NCBI GenBank assembly: GCA_036338695.1
Contig: JAYZBQ010000095.1
Location: 1 to 22,053, forward strand
DNA length: 22,053 nucleotides
DNA from: Myxococcota bacterium
Lineage (GTDB): Bacteria; Myxococcota; UBA4151
Reading direction: 5' to 3'
Below, in pieces: positions 1-8,480 of the stretch (position 1 is its first letter; each line of letters begins with the position of its first letter). Both the position numbers and the translations under genes were made by a program. The notes beneath the pieces were generated by a model that ran no database searches, had not been told where the DNA came from, and saw only the letters and a list, made by a program, of their open reading frames with translations.

Positions 1-1803
1 AGGGTCGAGAATCCCGCAGGCGTTCAGTTTGAGCGAGTCTACATCGCAGCGCTTCAGGCGCACGCGTCCACACCCAACATCCCCGAAGATCAGGCAGAAG
101 AGGCGTTGTTCGCTGGCGGTACGGGCTTTGGCGTGGCGCCGATCGACTTTGACGGCGACCTTGACCTAGACCTTTTCGTCGGCGCTGAAGGCGGCGTGGG
201 CGCCTGCCTGTATGAGAACCGCTCGAAACCGACGCAACCACTCTTTCGGGCGGTCGACGGCTACTGCGATGAGCCGGTCGGCAAGTGGCATGGCGGCGTC
301 TCGATCGACCTTGAGGGAGACGGCGTCCACGAGTTAATCCTGTTTGGCGCCGGGCAGTTGGCGGTCCAACGGTTTGGCGCTGTGCCCAGTCGGCGTGACT
401 TGATGGCGCTGCTGCCTGAGGGCGATATTCGCAGGCAGTGCAACGTCGGTAGCGTGCTTCCGCATGATTTTGATTACGACGGTCGGATCGACGTGTTGGT
501 CGGGTGCTCGCTCGACATGCTCCACGGCACCCAAGAGACCTTCCGAAATCTCTTGTTTCTGCAAGACAGCGATGCCGAGCTGCAGTTTGTCTCGCAAGCT
601 GATTGGGCACGCGGCGAGTCCATCATCCACCGGCTCGAGAGTTCAACGCTCGCGCTCGGCCTCGCCGACCTCGACGACGACGGGCTTGGCGATGTCATCG
701 TCAACGAGGATATCCTCGCCTATTTGGTCATTGAAACACCGGACCCAGGGGGGGTCTACTTCGCTTGTCCACCCGATGAGGATTGCAGGTTTACGGTCGA
801 GCGCTTCGCCTCAGGTGAGCGCGCCAACGGTGCGTACATGGGCTCCGGGGTGCTTCGATTGGGCGACCACCCAGCCCAACATCTTTACCTCACCGATATC
901 GCCGACAACCGACTTCTGCGCATGACCGACTCGGGGTTTCGAAACATCACCAGCTCGGCGAATGCCGGTTTCGGTTACTTGGGGGGAGAGGGTGTCTACA
1001 GCTGGGGCGTCGTCGTCGACGACTTCGACCTTGACGGGCGCGACGACGTCTTTGTGGGTAACGGCGCCGTTCCAGGTCACACACCAGCGGACTTTGCCAT
1101 GCACCTCGACTTGATGTTGTTGCAAAAGGATGCTGGGCGGTTCGCTTGGCACAGCTCGGACATCGGAATCGACCCCTTCACGACACAAGACTCTGGTCAT
1201 GAGGAACGTACCTTCGCCACGCGGGCCGTCGTCAAGCTCGACCTCGACCTCGACGGACGCATCGACATCGTCTCAGCCGGAATGGAGGGCGCGCCGCGCA
1301 TCCATCGGGAGGTCCCCATCCTTAACCACAATGTCCCGCGCTGTACGCTCGTCCCCGTGGCGCGCTACGTCCCGGGTCACGCCAGCGGCTATCAGCTGAT
1401 TCTGCCGGGTGATCCAAGACCCAGGCAGTGGGACAGCCAAGGGCAAGTCCGCAGCGGCACCTCCCCCCACATCCTAACCCCTGCTCCGCAAGGTACCCTC
1501 GTCTTCCCCAGCGGCGCCAAGGTCGACTACGACTGCACCGACCGGTTCCGGCCGCTCTTTGTCGTCGAGCCGCGCTGGTTGGAGATCAAGCGCGCCGGCG
1601 AGCGGCTCGAGCTCACGCTGGGTCCCGAAGCCCCGGCGGACGACGTGTCGGTGCTTATCGAGGGTCAAGATCTGACGCCTGCCTCGCCCGAGCGCGACGG
1701 GGTCTGGAGTCTGCCCGCGCCCAGCGAGGGGTTCCGGTTTATGCTCAAGTTCGGGGAGCGGTGGACGCCTCGCTGGTTTGAGACCCCGGCGCGCAGCGAG
1801 TGA
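1..1803 (+). CDS. FG-GAP/CRTAC1 (ASPIC/UnbV-like) beta-propeller protein, paralog 1; 5'-truncated by the window edge
   Basis: Frame 1 is open from base 1 (RVENPAGVQFERVYIAALQAH...). The FERV motif matches the start of the propeller region in paralogs 2-5, so the TTG at 106 is not the real start. Six DxDxDG-type loops are present (DFDGDLDLDLF, DLEGDGVHEL, DFDYDGRID, DLDDDGLGD, DFDLDGRDD, DLDLDGRID), plus MGSG, SWG and C-terminal WDSQGQxRSG...FPSG...EPxWL motifs. Confidence 0.8.
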   Translation, partial: RVENPAGVQFERVYIAALQAHASTPNIPEDQAEEALFAGGTGFGVAPIDFDGDLDLDLFVGAEGGVGACLYENRSKPTQPLFRAVDGYCDEPVGKWHGGVSIDLEGDGVHELILFGAGQLAVQRFGAVPSRRDLMALLPEGDIRRQCNVGSVLPHDFDYDGRIDVLVGCSLDMLHGTQETFRNLLFLQDSDAELQFVSQADWARGESIIHRLESSTLALGLADLDDDGLGDVIVNEDILAYLVIETPDPGGVYFACPPDEDCRFTVERFASGERANGAYMGSGVLRLGDHPAQHLYLTDIADNRLLRMTDSGFRNITSSANAGFGYLGGEGVYSWGVVVDDFDLDGRDDVFVGNGAVPGHTPADFAMHLDLMLLQKDAGRFAWHSSDIGIDPFTTQDSGHEERTFATRAVVKLDLDLDGRIDIVSAGMEGAPRIHREVPILNHNVPRCTLVPVARYVPGHASGYQLILPGDPRPRQWDSQGQVRSGTSPHILTPAPQGTLVFPSGAKVDYDCTDRFRPLFVVEPRWLEIKRAGERLELTLGPEAPADDVSVLIEGQDLTPASPERDGVWSLPAPSEGFRFMLKFGERWTPRWFETPARSE

Positions 1804-1816
1804 GACCGGCGCAGCG

Positions 1817-4021
1817 ATGATCACAAACCCTGCCTGTCGCCCCCATGCGACCCGATCGTTGCTTCTCGAACGGCGTTGCGGCGCTTTGTGGTGGTCGCTG
1901 GTGTGCGTGTTTTGGGCTGGCGGTCTGGGCTGCACGGCTGCGCTCACCCCGCCACCGGTCACGGCGGCCGATGGTGGTAGCGGTCCTGTCGATGCGGCGC
2001 TGAGCGACGCCTCCAGCGCAGACACTAGCGCACCGACCGACGCAGGTGGCGGCGACGCCGCTCGTGCAGACGTCGCCCCGGGCGGCGTCTGCGGATCGGA
2101 TCGTGACTGCGTAGCCTCCGAGCGTTGCTCGAGCCTGGGCGTGTGCCATGAGCAGGAATGCCTGACCCACGATGACTGCAGCGCCACGGAGCGCTGCGCG
2201 GATCGCCGCTGCTTACCCCGCCCGAGCAGCGAACACGGCTTCATCTTCGAGCGCTATCGACCGCCCGCAGTCGACGCCCATCGCTCGCTGATGCCGAGTC
2301 TCGATCTAACACGCCAAGTCGATATTTACGGTGACTTCGGCTTCGGCGCTGCGCTGCTCGATATCGACGGCGATCGGGATCTCGACCTTTTCGTGGGCGT
2401 CCAGAGCGCCCACCTTGAGGGGGGCACGGCCCCCTGCCTGTTCGAAAACGTCTCGGTCGGCTCGACCCCTGCCTTCCGCCCGAGCTACTTCTGCGATGCG
2501 CCCAAGCAAGACTGGAGCGGTGGCTACGGCTTTGACGTTGAGGGCGACGGCTATCATGAGCTCGTGGTGACCGGCGATCGCCTGGTCCAGCTCATCCGGT
2601 TTCACCCAGAGCGGCGCATCACCGATCTCCTTGCGACGCTCCCCGATGACAACCCAAGGAAAGACTGCAACGCTGGCGCAGCGGTTAACCTCGACCTGAA
2701 CTTTGACGGGCGGCTCGATCTGGTGGTCGCGTGTCACTACACGGACGTCGACACGCAAGGTCGTTCGGTGCTGCACCTCGCCTTTGTCCAGACCCCGGAT
2801 GGCGGCTTCGAGGCGTTGACCCGAGCGAACTGGAACACGCAGACCGACGCGCCCTTGCTGCTCGAGGCGCAGAACTCGACGATTGCGCTCGGCGCAGCGG
2901 ATCTCAACGAGGACGGCTTGATCGACCTGATGGTCTCCGAAGACTTCTACACTCGCCCCGAGGGCGTCCCTCAGGACCCCGGCGGCATCTACTTTCGCTG
3001 CGCGCCGGAGGCTTCGTGTGCTTTTCGACCGTTCCGCCTCGGCGTCGCAGAGCGAGAACATGGCGGGCTGATGGGCAGCGGCGTGGTCCAGGTGGCGGGT
3101 CGTGGCGAGCTTGCGTACTTCACGGACTTCGGTCCGAACCGGATGTGCCAGGTCTCGAGCGAGCGCGTGCGCGACTTTGCGATGGCGTCCGGCGTCGAGC
3201 TCGCCGAGGCGGAGGGCGGCTTACCGCTCTTTAGCTGGGGCGTCGTCGTCGATGACTTTAACCGGGACGGGCTCGACGACCTGTTGATCGCTCAGGGGGC
3301 CATCAAAGCCATGCCCGCCTATGAGTACGCCATGCACTTTCCTGCGCTGCTGCGCCAAGACGCACGCGGACGCTTTGCGCTGCACAGCGACGACGTAGGC
3401 TTGCAACCCTACTCCACCGAAGACAGCCACCTTGAGGAGTACCCCTTCGCCGGCCGAGCGCTGCTGCGCGCCGACCTCGACCTCGACGGCTTCCTCGACA
3501 CGATCGAGCTCGGGATCGAAGGGGCGCCCAGGCTGCATCGAGAGGTGCCACAAGCGGGCGCCCAGCCTCGCTGTTCGCTCGCACCCCGAGCGCGTTATGT
3601 CCCCGGTTTCGGTGTTGGGTTTGCGTTCCGCTCAAGCCCGGACGAAGCCTGGCGCAAGTGGGACAGCCAAGGTCAACTCAAGAGCGGCACCACGCCGTTT
3701 CTGGTGAGCCCTTGGCAAACCGGAGAGCTGCGCTTTCCGAGCGGTGCGATCCGCCCCTACACCTGCGGCGAGCCACATGAGGTGCTGCTGATCGAGGAGC
3801 CAGCGTGGCTCGAACACGCGGTCACCAATGGCGAGCTCGAGGTGCGGATTTTAGAGGGGGGTTTGACCGGTGCGCTGAGCGTCTATGCCGAGCCAAGCGC
3901 CGAGCGCTTCGACGCGGTGGATGAAGGTGACGGGCGCTGGTCCCTGAGGCTACCGGACGCCACGCAGCGCTACATGCTCCGGTTTGGTGATCGCTGGCTG
4001 GCGCGCTGGTGGACGCCATGA
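1817..4021 (+). CDS. Putative lipoprotein with Cys-rich modules and FG-GAP/CRTAC1-like propeller, paralog 2
   Basis: ATG at 1817, 13 nt after the paralog 1 stop; the exact start is uncertain. A hydrophobic stretch ends in the lipobox-like GGLGC, followed by a DAG/Ala-Asp-rich linker, 8 Cys (two modules), then the same Ca-loop repeats and C-terminal motifs as the neighbouring paralogs. Confidence 0.8.
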   Translation: MITNPACRPHATRSLLLERRCGALWWSLVCVFWAGGLGCTAALTPPPVTAADGGSGPVDAALSDASSADTSAPTDAGGGDAARADVAPGGVCGSDRDCVASERCSSLGVCHEQECLTHDDCSATERCADRRCLPRPSSEHGFIFERYRPPAVDAHRSLMPSLDLTRQVDIYGDFGFGAALLDIDGDRDLDLFVGVQSAHLEGGTAPCLFENVSVGSTPAFRPSYFCDAPKQDWSGGYGFDVEGDGYHELVVTGDRLVQLIRFHPERRITDLLATLPDDNPRKDCNAGAAVNLDLNFDGRLDLVVACHYTDVDTQGRSVLHLAFVQTPDGGFEALTRANWNTQTDAPLLLEAQNSTIALGAADLNEDGLIDLMVSEDFYTRPEGVPQDPGGIYFRCAPEASCAFRPFRLGVAEREHGGLMGSGVVQVAGRGELAYFTDFGPNRMCQVSSERVRDFAMASGVELAEAEGGLPLFSWGVVVDDFNRDGLDDLLIAQGAIKAMPAYEYAMHFPALLRQDARGRFALHSDDVGLQPYSTEDSHLEEYPFAGRALLRADLDLDGFLDTIELGIEGAPRLHREVPQAGAQPRCSLAPRARYVPGFGVGFAFRSSPDEAWRKWDSQGQLKSGTTPFLVSPWQTGELRFPSGAIRPYTCGEPHEVLLIEEPAWLEHAVTNGELEVRILEGGLTGALSVYAEPSAERFDAVDEGDGRWSLRLPDATQRYMLRFGDRWLARWWTP

Positions 4022-6345
4022 GGTGGTTGCTCCTGCTCGTCACGCTGAGCGCAGCATGCGCTGGAACCGAACCGAGGGAACAAGACGACGCCGGCTCGCT
4101 CTCTGACGCAAGCCGAGGGGCTGCGACCCCCGATGCAGGCAGCTCAGCCGATGCGAGCTCAGCTGATGTCGCCGCCGCGCCGCTCGACGCAGGGGTGCCG
4201 ATCTCAGACGCCGGCGAGTTTCCCTGCGAGGTCGACTGTGCCCCCGGACTGCAGTGTCGGGTCGACCGCTGCATCGAGACCTGCCCCTGTGCACCCGAGC
4301 AGCAGTGCCATGCGCCGACCCAGCAGTGCTTGCCGAGCCGATGCGGCGTCGACCGTGACTGCCCCCACACCATGAGCTGCGTGCTGAGCCGCTGCTCGCC
4401 AACCCAGCCCCGGTGCCAGGTGGCGAGCGATTGTCCAGAGGGGCAGCGTTGCAGCGTCCTGCGGCGGTGTACTGACCAGGCGTGCCTGACGCATCACGAC
4501 TGCTCAGACGCCGAGTTCTGCAGCGCCGGACGATGCCTTGAGCGGATCCACGCCGACCCAGCGGTCCTCTTTGAGCGCGTCTACCTGCCCGCCCTCGAGA
4601 CCTTTCACTCGCCGCTTCCAAACTTCGGCACGGACCGCTCCATGCTCATGACGGGCGAGTGGGGCTACGGCGCTACCCTCCTCGACATCGACGGTGACCT
4701 CGACCTCGACCTGTTCTTGGCGAGCCAGGCCTGGAGCGAAGAGCAGACCTCCCACGCCTGCTTGTTCCGCAACGACTCCCTGCCGGGGCAGGTGCGGTTT
4801 GAACCGGTCGAAGCCCACTGTGGCTGGCGTGAGCAGGCGGTGCACAGCGCCTTCGCTACCGACCTCGACGGCGACGGTGTCCACGAGCTGATCCTCGGTG
4901 GGCTGCGCTACCTGGTCGTGCACGTACTTGGCGCCCAACCTCGCACCATCGACCTCATCGCCCAGCTGACACCAGAACAAGCCGGCAGCGGCTGTCTGGT
5001 CGGGAGCATGGTCAGCGTCGACCTCAACCTCGACGGGTTGCTCGACTTGGTCGTCGGCTGCCAATCTGAGCTCAGCCCCTTTGAGCTCATCGAGTATCGT
5101 AAGCTCGTCTTCCTGCAGACCCCAGACCAGAACTTCGAACCCGCCGATGCGAGCAACTACCGATACGCTCCGGCGCTGGTCTTAAGCTCGGTCGGCAACA
5201 CCCTGGCGCTCGGCGCCGCCGACGTGAACGGAGACGGCCTGCAAGATCTGATGGTGAGCCACGACAGCGTGGTGCGCGACGCTGAGACCCCCGTCGAGCC
5301 AGGCGGGATCTACCTGCGCTGTTCGCCGGATCGCCGCTGTGACTTTGAGGAGCGAGCGCTCGATCAGGGACTCGACCGCTTCGGCGCGTTCATGGGCAGC
5401 GGCTTACTTCAGCTCGAGCAGGTCGGTGAAGCCGCTTACTTCACGGACTGGGGTGCAAACCGGCTGGTGCCGATGTCGGGTGAAAGCTACGGCTCGATCG
5501 CGCCCGATTGGCGCGCCGATCTGAGCATGAACCAAGGTGCTGCGCTCTACAGTTGGGGGGTCGTCGTGGACGACTTCAACCGCGATGGGCGGGATGATCT
5601 GTTCGTAGCGCAAGGGTCGGTCAAGGGGGGGCGGCCGTTCGATTACCGGGCGCATGAGGACGTGATCCTGCTTCAAGGTCAGGGGCGCTTCAGCGCCCAC
5701 AGCGCCGAGGTTGGGATCCCGCCGTTCACGACCGATGACAGCGGCGATGAGCGCTACGTGTACGCCTCGCGCGCTGCGCTCAAAACGGACTGGGACTACG
5801 ACGGCCTCCTCGACCTGATGGTCACGTCGCTCGAGGGCGCGCCGAGGATCTTGCGCGAGGTACCGCTCGCCAGCCACGATGGGTTTCGCTGCACGTTGAT
5901 CCCTCGAGCTCGCTATGCGCCAGGTTTTGGCACGGGTTACCGCGTGAAAGCTAACGGCGCCGAGCGCGCCTGGGACAGCCAAGGGCAGATCCGAAGCGGC
6001 GCCAGCCCGTTTATCGTAACGCCTTACAACGCCGGTCACTTGCGTTTCCCGAGCGGTGCGCTGATCCCGTACGACTGCGCCGGGCGAACGGGGCCGGTGC
6101 TGGTGGTCGAGCCCGACTGGCTGAGCCTCTCGCTCGATGGCGATCAGCTTCGCGTCGAGCGGGGCGCTCACGCGCCGCTCGGTGCAGCGCGCGCCTACGC
6201 CGAGCCAACGGGCGAGGCCGTCACGCTCCAAGCCGCTCCGGCAAACGCCGCGACAGGCGTCCTCCCTGAGGGGACCACGCGGGTCCTGCTAAAGTTCGGC
6301 GAGCGCTGGCTGCCTCGCTGGTTTGAGGTAGAGTCGATACCATGA
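4018..6345 (+). CDS. Putative lipoprotein with five Cys-rich modules and FG-GAP/CRTAC1-like propeller, paralog 3
   Basis: ATG 4018-4020 overlaps the upstream TGA (ATGA). MRWLLLLVTLSAAC is a signal peptide II-like N-terminus. It has a DAG linker, 20 Cys at 4225-4536, DxDxDG loops and the shared C-terminal motifs. Confidence 0.85.
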   Translation: MRWLLLLVTLSAACAGTEPREQDDAGSLSDASRGAATPDAGSSADASSADVAAAPLDAGVPISDAGEFPCEVDCAPGLQCRVDRCIETCPCAPEQQCHAPTQQCLPSRCGVDRDCPHTMSCVLSRCSPTQPRCQVASDCPEGQRCSVLRRCTDQACLTHHDCSDAEFCSAGRCLERIHADPAVLFERVYLPALETFHSPLPNFGTDRSMLMTGEWGYGATLLDIDGDLDLDLFLASQAWSEEQTSHACLFRNDSLPGQVRFEPVEAHCGWREQAVHSAFATDLDGDGVHELILGGLRYLVVHVLGAQPRTIDLIAQLTPEQAGSGCLVGSMVSVDLNLDGLLDLVVGCQSELSPFELIEYRKLVFLQTPDQNFEPADASNYRYAPALVLSSVGNTLALGAADVNGDGLQDLMVSHDSVVRDAETPVEPGGIYLRCSPDRRCDFEERALDQGLDRFGAFMGSGLLQLEQVGEAAYFTDWGANRLVPMSGESYGSIAPDWRADLSMNQGAALYSWGVVVDDFNRDGRDDLFVAQGSVKGGRPFDYRAHEDVILLQGQGRFSAHSAEVGIPPFTTDDSGDERYVYASRAALKTDWDYDGLLDLMVTSLEGAPRILREVPLASHDGFRCTLIPRARYAPGFGTGYRVKANGAERAWDSQGQIRSGASPFIVTPYNAGHLRFPSGALIPYDCAGRTGPVLVVEPDWLSLSLDGDQLRVERGAHAPLGAARAYAEPTGEAVTLQAAPANAATGVLPEGTTRVLLKFGERWLPRWFEVESIP

Positions 6346-8480
6346 GATGGTCTAGCGTCTGCATGCTCCTAGCGATCAGCTGCTCGGCTGACACCCCGTC
6401 AGTCGATGCCGGACGTGTCACCGTTCCCGACGCGGGGCGCGCACCGGACGCCGGGGCGCTCGATGCGGGCGCAGCGCCCTGTCCCCACGGCTGCGATCAA
6501 GACGCCCGGTGCGTGGACGACCGCTGCGTCCCCGTCGTTGAGTGCGCTCAGGACAGCGACTGTGCAGGCGAGGCTCGCTGCTCGGTCACCGGCGCCTGCA
6601 CCACCGCAGAGTGCCTTGCTCATGGCGACTGCGCCGACAGCGAGCGCTGCCGAGAGGGTCGGTGTCTGAACAAGCCTGAGCCTGGGTTCACGCTCGAGCG
6701 CGTGTTCCTCGAGCCGATCGAAGAGCACGTCGCAGTCTTTGACGACCCCTGCGACCGGCCAGGGGTGCGCGTCTGCACCGACGTCGGCTTCGGGATGGCG
6801 CTGCTCGATTTTGACGGCGATGACGACCTCGACCTCTTCATCGGCCAAGCCTACGAATCCGTAGGCTCTTCACCGCCGTGTCTTTTGCGCAACGAGAGCG
6901 ATCCCGGCTTTCTAAGGTTCGTGCCGGTCGAGGGGCGCTGCGAAGCCATTGCGAACCCGCCGACCGGGGGGCACGGACTCGACATCGATCACGACGGCCG
7001 CGACGAACTGCTGATGACCGGACCGAACCGGATTACCCTGCAGCGCTTCTACCCGCGCGACGAGCGTATCGAGCTGCTTGACCTCCTACCCGATGACGAC
7101 CCTCGCCGGCTGTGCAACGCCGGCGCCGCCGTCAGCTTTGACCTCAACCACGATGGTCATAGCGACCTGCTCGTCGGCTGTCAGTGGGACACAGACATGA
7201 GCCACGGCAGCTCGCTGGTGAACCTGGCCTTCGTCGGAGATGGACAGGGTAATCTCCGGCACTTGGATCGAGACGAGTGGGACCAAGACGAGCCGCTGCT
7301 CCTGCACGCGCTGGGGTCAACGCTTGCCTTTGGCGCCGCCGATCTCGACCAAGACGGCTTGCTCGACCTGCTGGTCAACGAAGACGAAGGCACAGCGATC
7401 CCAAATCTTTTCCTCGCGGGGCGTATCGACCCGGGCGGTGTCTACCTGCGCTGCCCCCCCACCGAGCCATGCGGCTTTCAACCCTATCGCCTAGGATCCC
7501 CCGATACAGAGTTCGGCGGTTACATGGGCAGCGGGGTGCTGGTGCTCGACGGCGTGGGCGAGGTCACCTACTTCTCGAACACGGGGGACAACCGGATGGT
7601 ACGTGTGCGCCGGGGGGCACCGCCGGTCGATTATGCGCAGCGCACAGGCACTCAAATGGGCTACCTCGGCACAGACATGATCTTCTCATGGGGTGTCGCC
7701 GTCGGCGACTACAACCGCGACGGCCGCGACGACTTCATGCTCTCACAAGGAGCCGTATGGAACCCCGGCATCGACACCCATTCAACCCACTTCGATGCGT
7801 TGTTTCTCCAGACAGAAGGCGGTCGTTTTGCGGTGCATGGCGCTGATCGCGGGCTAGCGCCCTTCACCCACGCCGACAGCCGAACCGAGGCGCGCGTCTA
7901 TTCGAGTCGGGCGCTGCTCAAGGTGGACCTTGATCACGACGGCACCCTCGAGTTTCTCACTGCGGGTAAAGAGGGCGCGCTGCGGCTGCATCGAGAGGTC
8001 CTGACGCAGTCTGAGCTCACCCCGAGGTGCACGCTGATCCCGCGCAGCCGCTACGTCCATGGATACGGTGTAGGCTTCGCCCTCGTACCCGGCGACGGCA
8101 GCCCGCCGCGCCAGTGGAACAGCCAAGGGCAACTCCGGAGTGGGACCTCCGCGCATGTCGTGACCCCGTGGCCCCAAGGGGGCTTGCGCTTTCCAAGCGG
8201 CGCCGTCGTCCCCTTCGACTGTCGAGGTGGCGCCGGACCTGTTGAGGTCGTCGAGCCCGAATGGCTCACGCTTGAGGCGGATGCGCGCGGCGTGTTGCTG
8301 ACCATCGACGCCGCCATAGCGCCCGGGCAAGTCGCCTACGTGATCCAAGGGGAACGTACCCCGGTTCCTGCAGACGATCTCGGCTCTGGGCGCTGGCTTC
8401 TGCCCTTGCCGCAGGGCGAACAACCCGTCATGCTGCGCATCGACGCGCGCTGGGTGCCGCGTTGGTGGGAGCGGCCATGA
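6342..8480 (+). CDS. Putative lipoprotein with three Cys-rich modules and FG-GAP/CRTAC1-like propeller, paralog 4
   Basis: ATGA overlap with paralog 3. N-terminus MRWSSVCMLLAISC, four DAG units, 12 Cys in the N-terminal modules, DxDxDG loops and the shared C-terminal motifs. Confidence 0.85.
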   Translation: MRWSSVCMLLAISCSADTPSVDAGRVTVPDAGRAPDAGALDAGAAPCPHGCDQDARCVDDRCVPVVECAQDSDCAGEARCSVTGACTTAECLAHGDCADSERCREGRCLNKPEPGFTLERVFLEPIEEHVAVFDDPCDRPGVRVCTDVGFGMALLDFDGDDDLDLFIGQAYESVGSSPPCLLRNESDPGFLRFVPVEGRCEAIANPPTGGHGLDIDHDGRDELLMTGPNRITLQRFYPRDERIELLDLLPDDDPRRLCNAGAAVSFDLNHDGHSDLLVGCQWDTDMSHGSSLVNLAFVGDGQGNLRHLDRDEWDQDEPLLLHALGSTLAFGAADLDQDGLLDLLVNEDEGTAIPNLFLAGRIDPGGVYLRCPPTEPCGFQPYRLGSPDTEFGGYMGSGVLVLDGVGEVTYFSNTGDNRMVRVRRGAPPVDYAQRTGTQMGYLGTDMIFSWGVAVGDYNRDGRDDFMLSQGAVWNPGIDTHSTHFDALFLQTEGGRFAVHGADRGLAPFTHADSRTEARVYSSRALLKVDLDHDGTLEFLTAGKEGALRLHREVLTQSELTPRCTLIPRSRYVHGYGVGFALVPGDGSPPRQWNSQGQLRSGTSAHVVTPWPQGGLRFPSGAVVPFDCRGGAGPVEVVEPEWLTLEADARGVLLTIDAAIAPGQVAYVIQGERTPVPADDLGSGRWLLPLPQGEQPVMLRIDARWVPRWWERP

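Noticed and set aside
106..108. TTG start given by the ORF track for the first gene
   Set aside because: The frame is open from base 1 and the upstream translation aligns with internal sequence of the paralogs, so the true start lies outside the window.
1865..1890. Twin-arginine (Tat) signal in paralog 2 (LERRCGAL)
   Set aside because: Poor match to S/T-R-R-x-F-L-K, absent from the other paralogs, and the start codon is uncertain.
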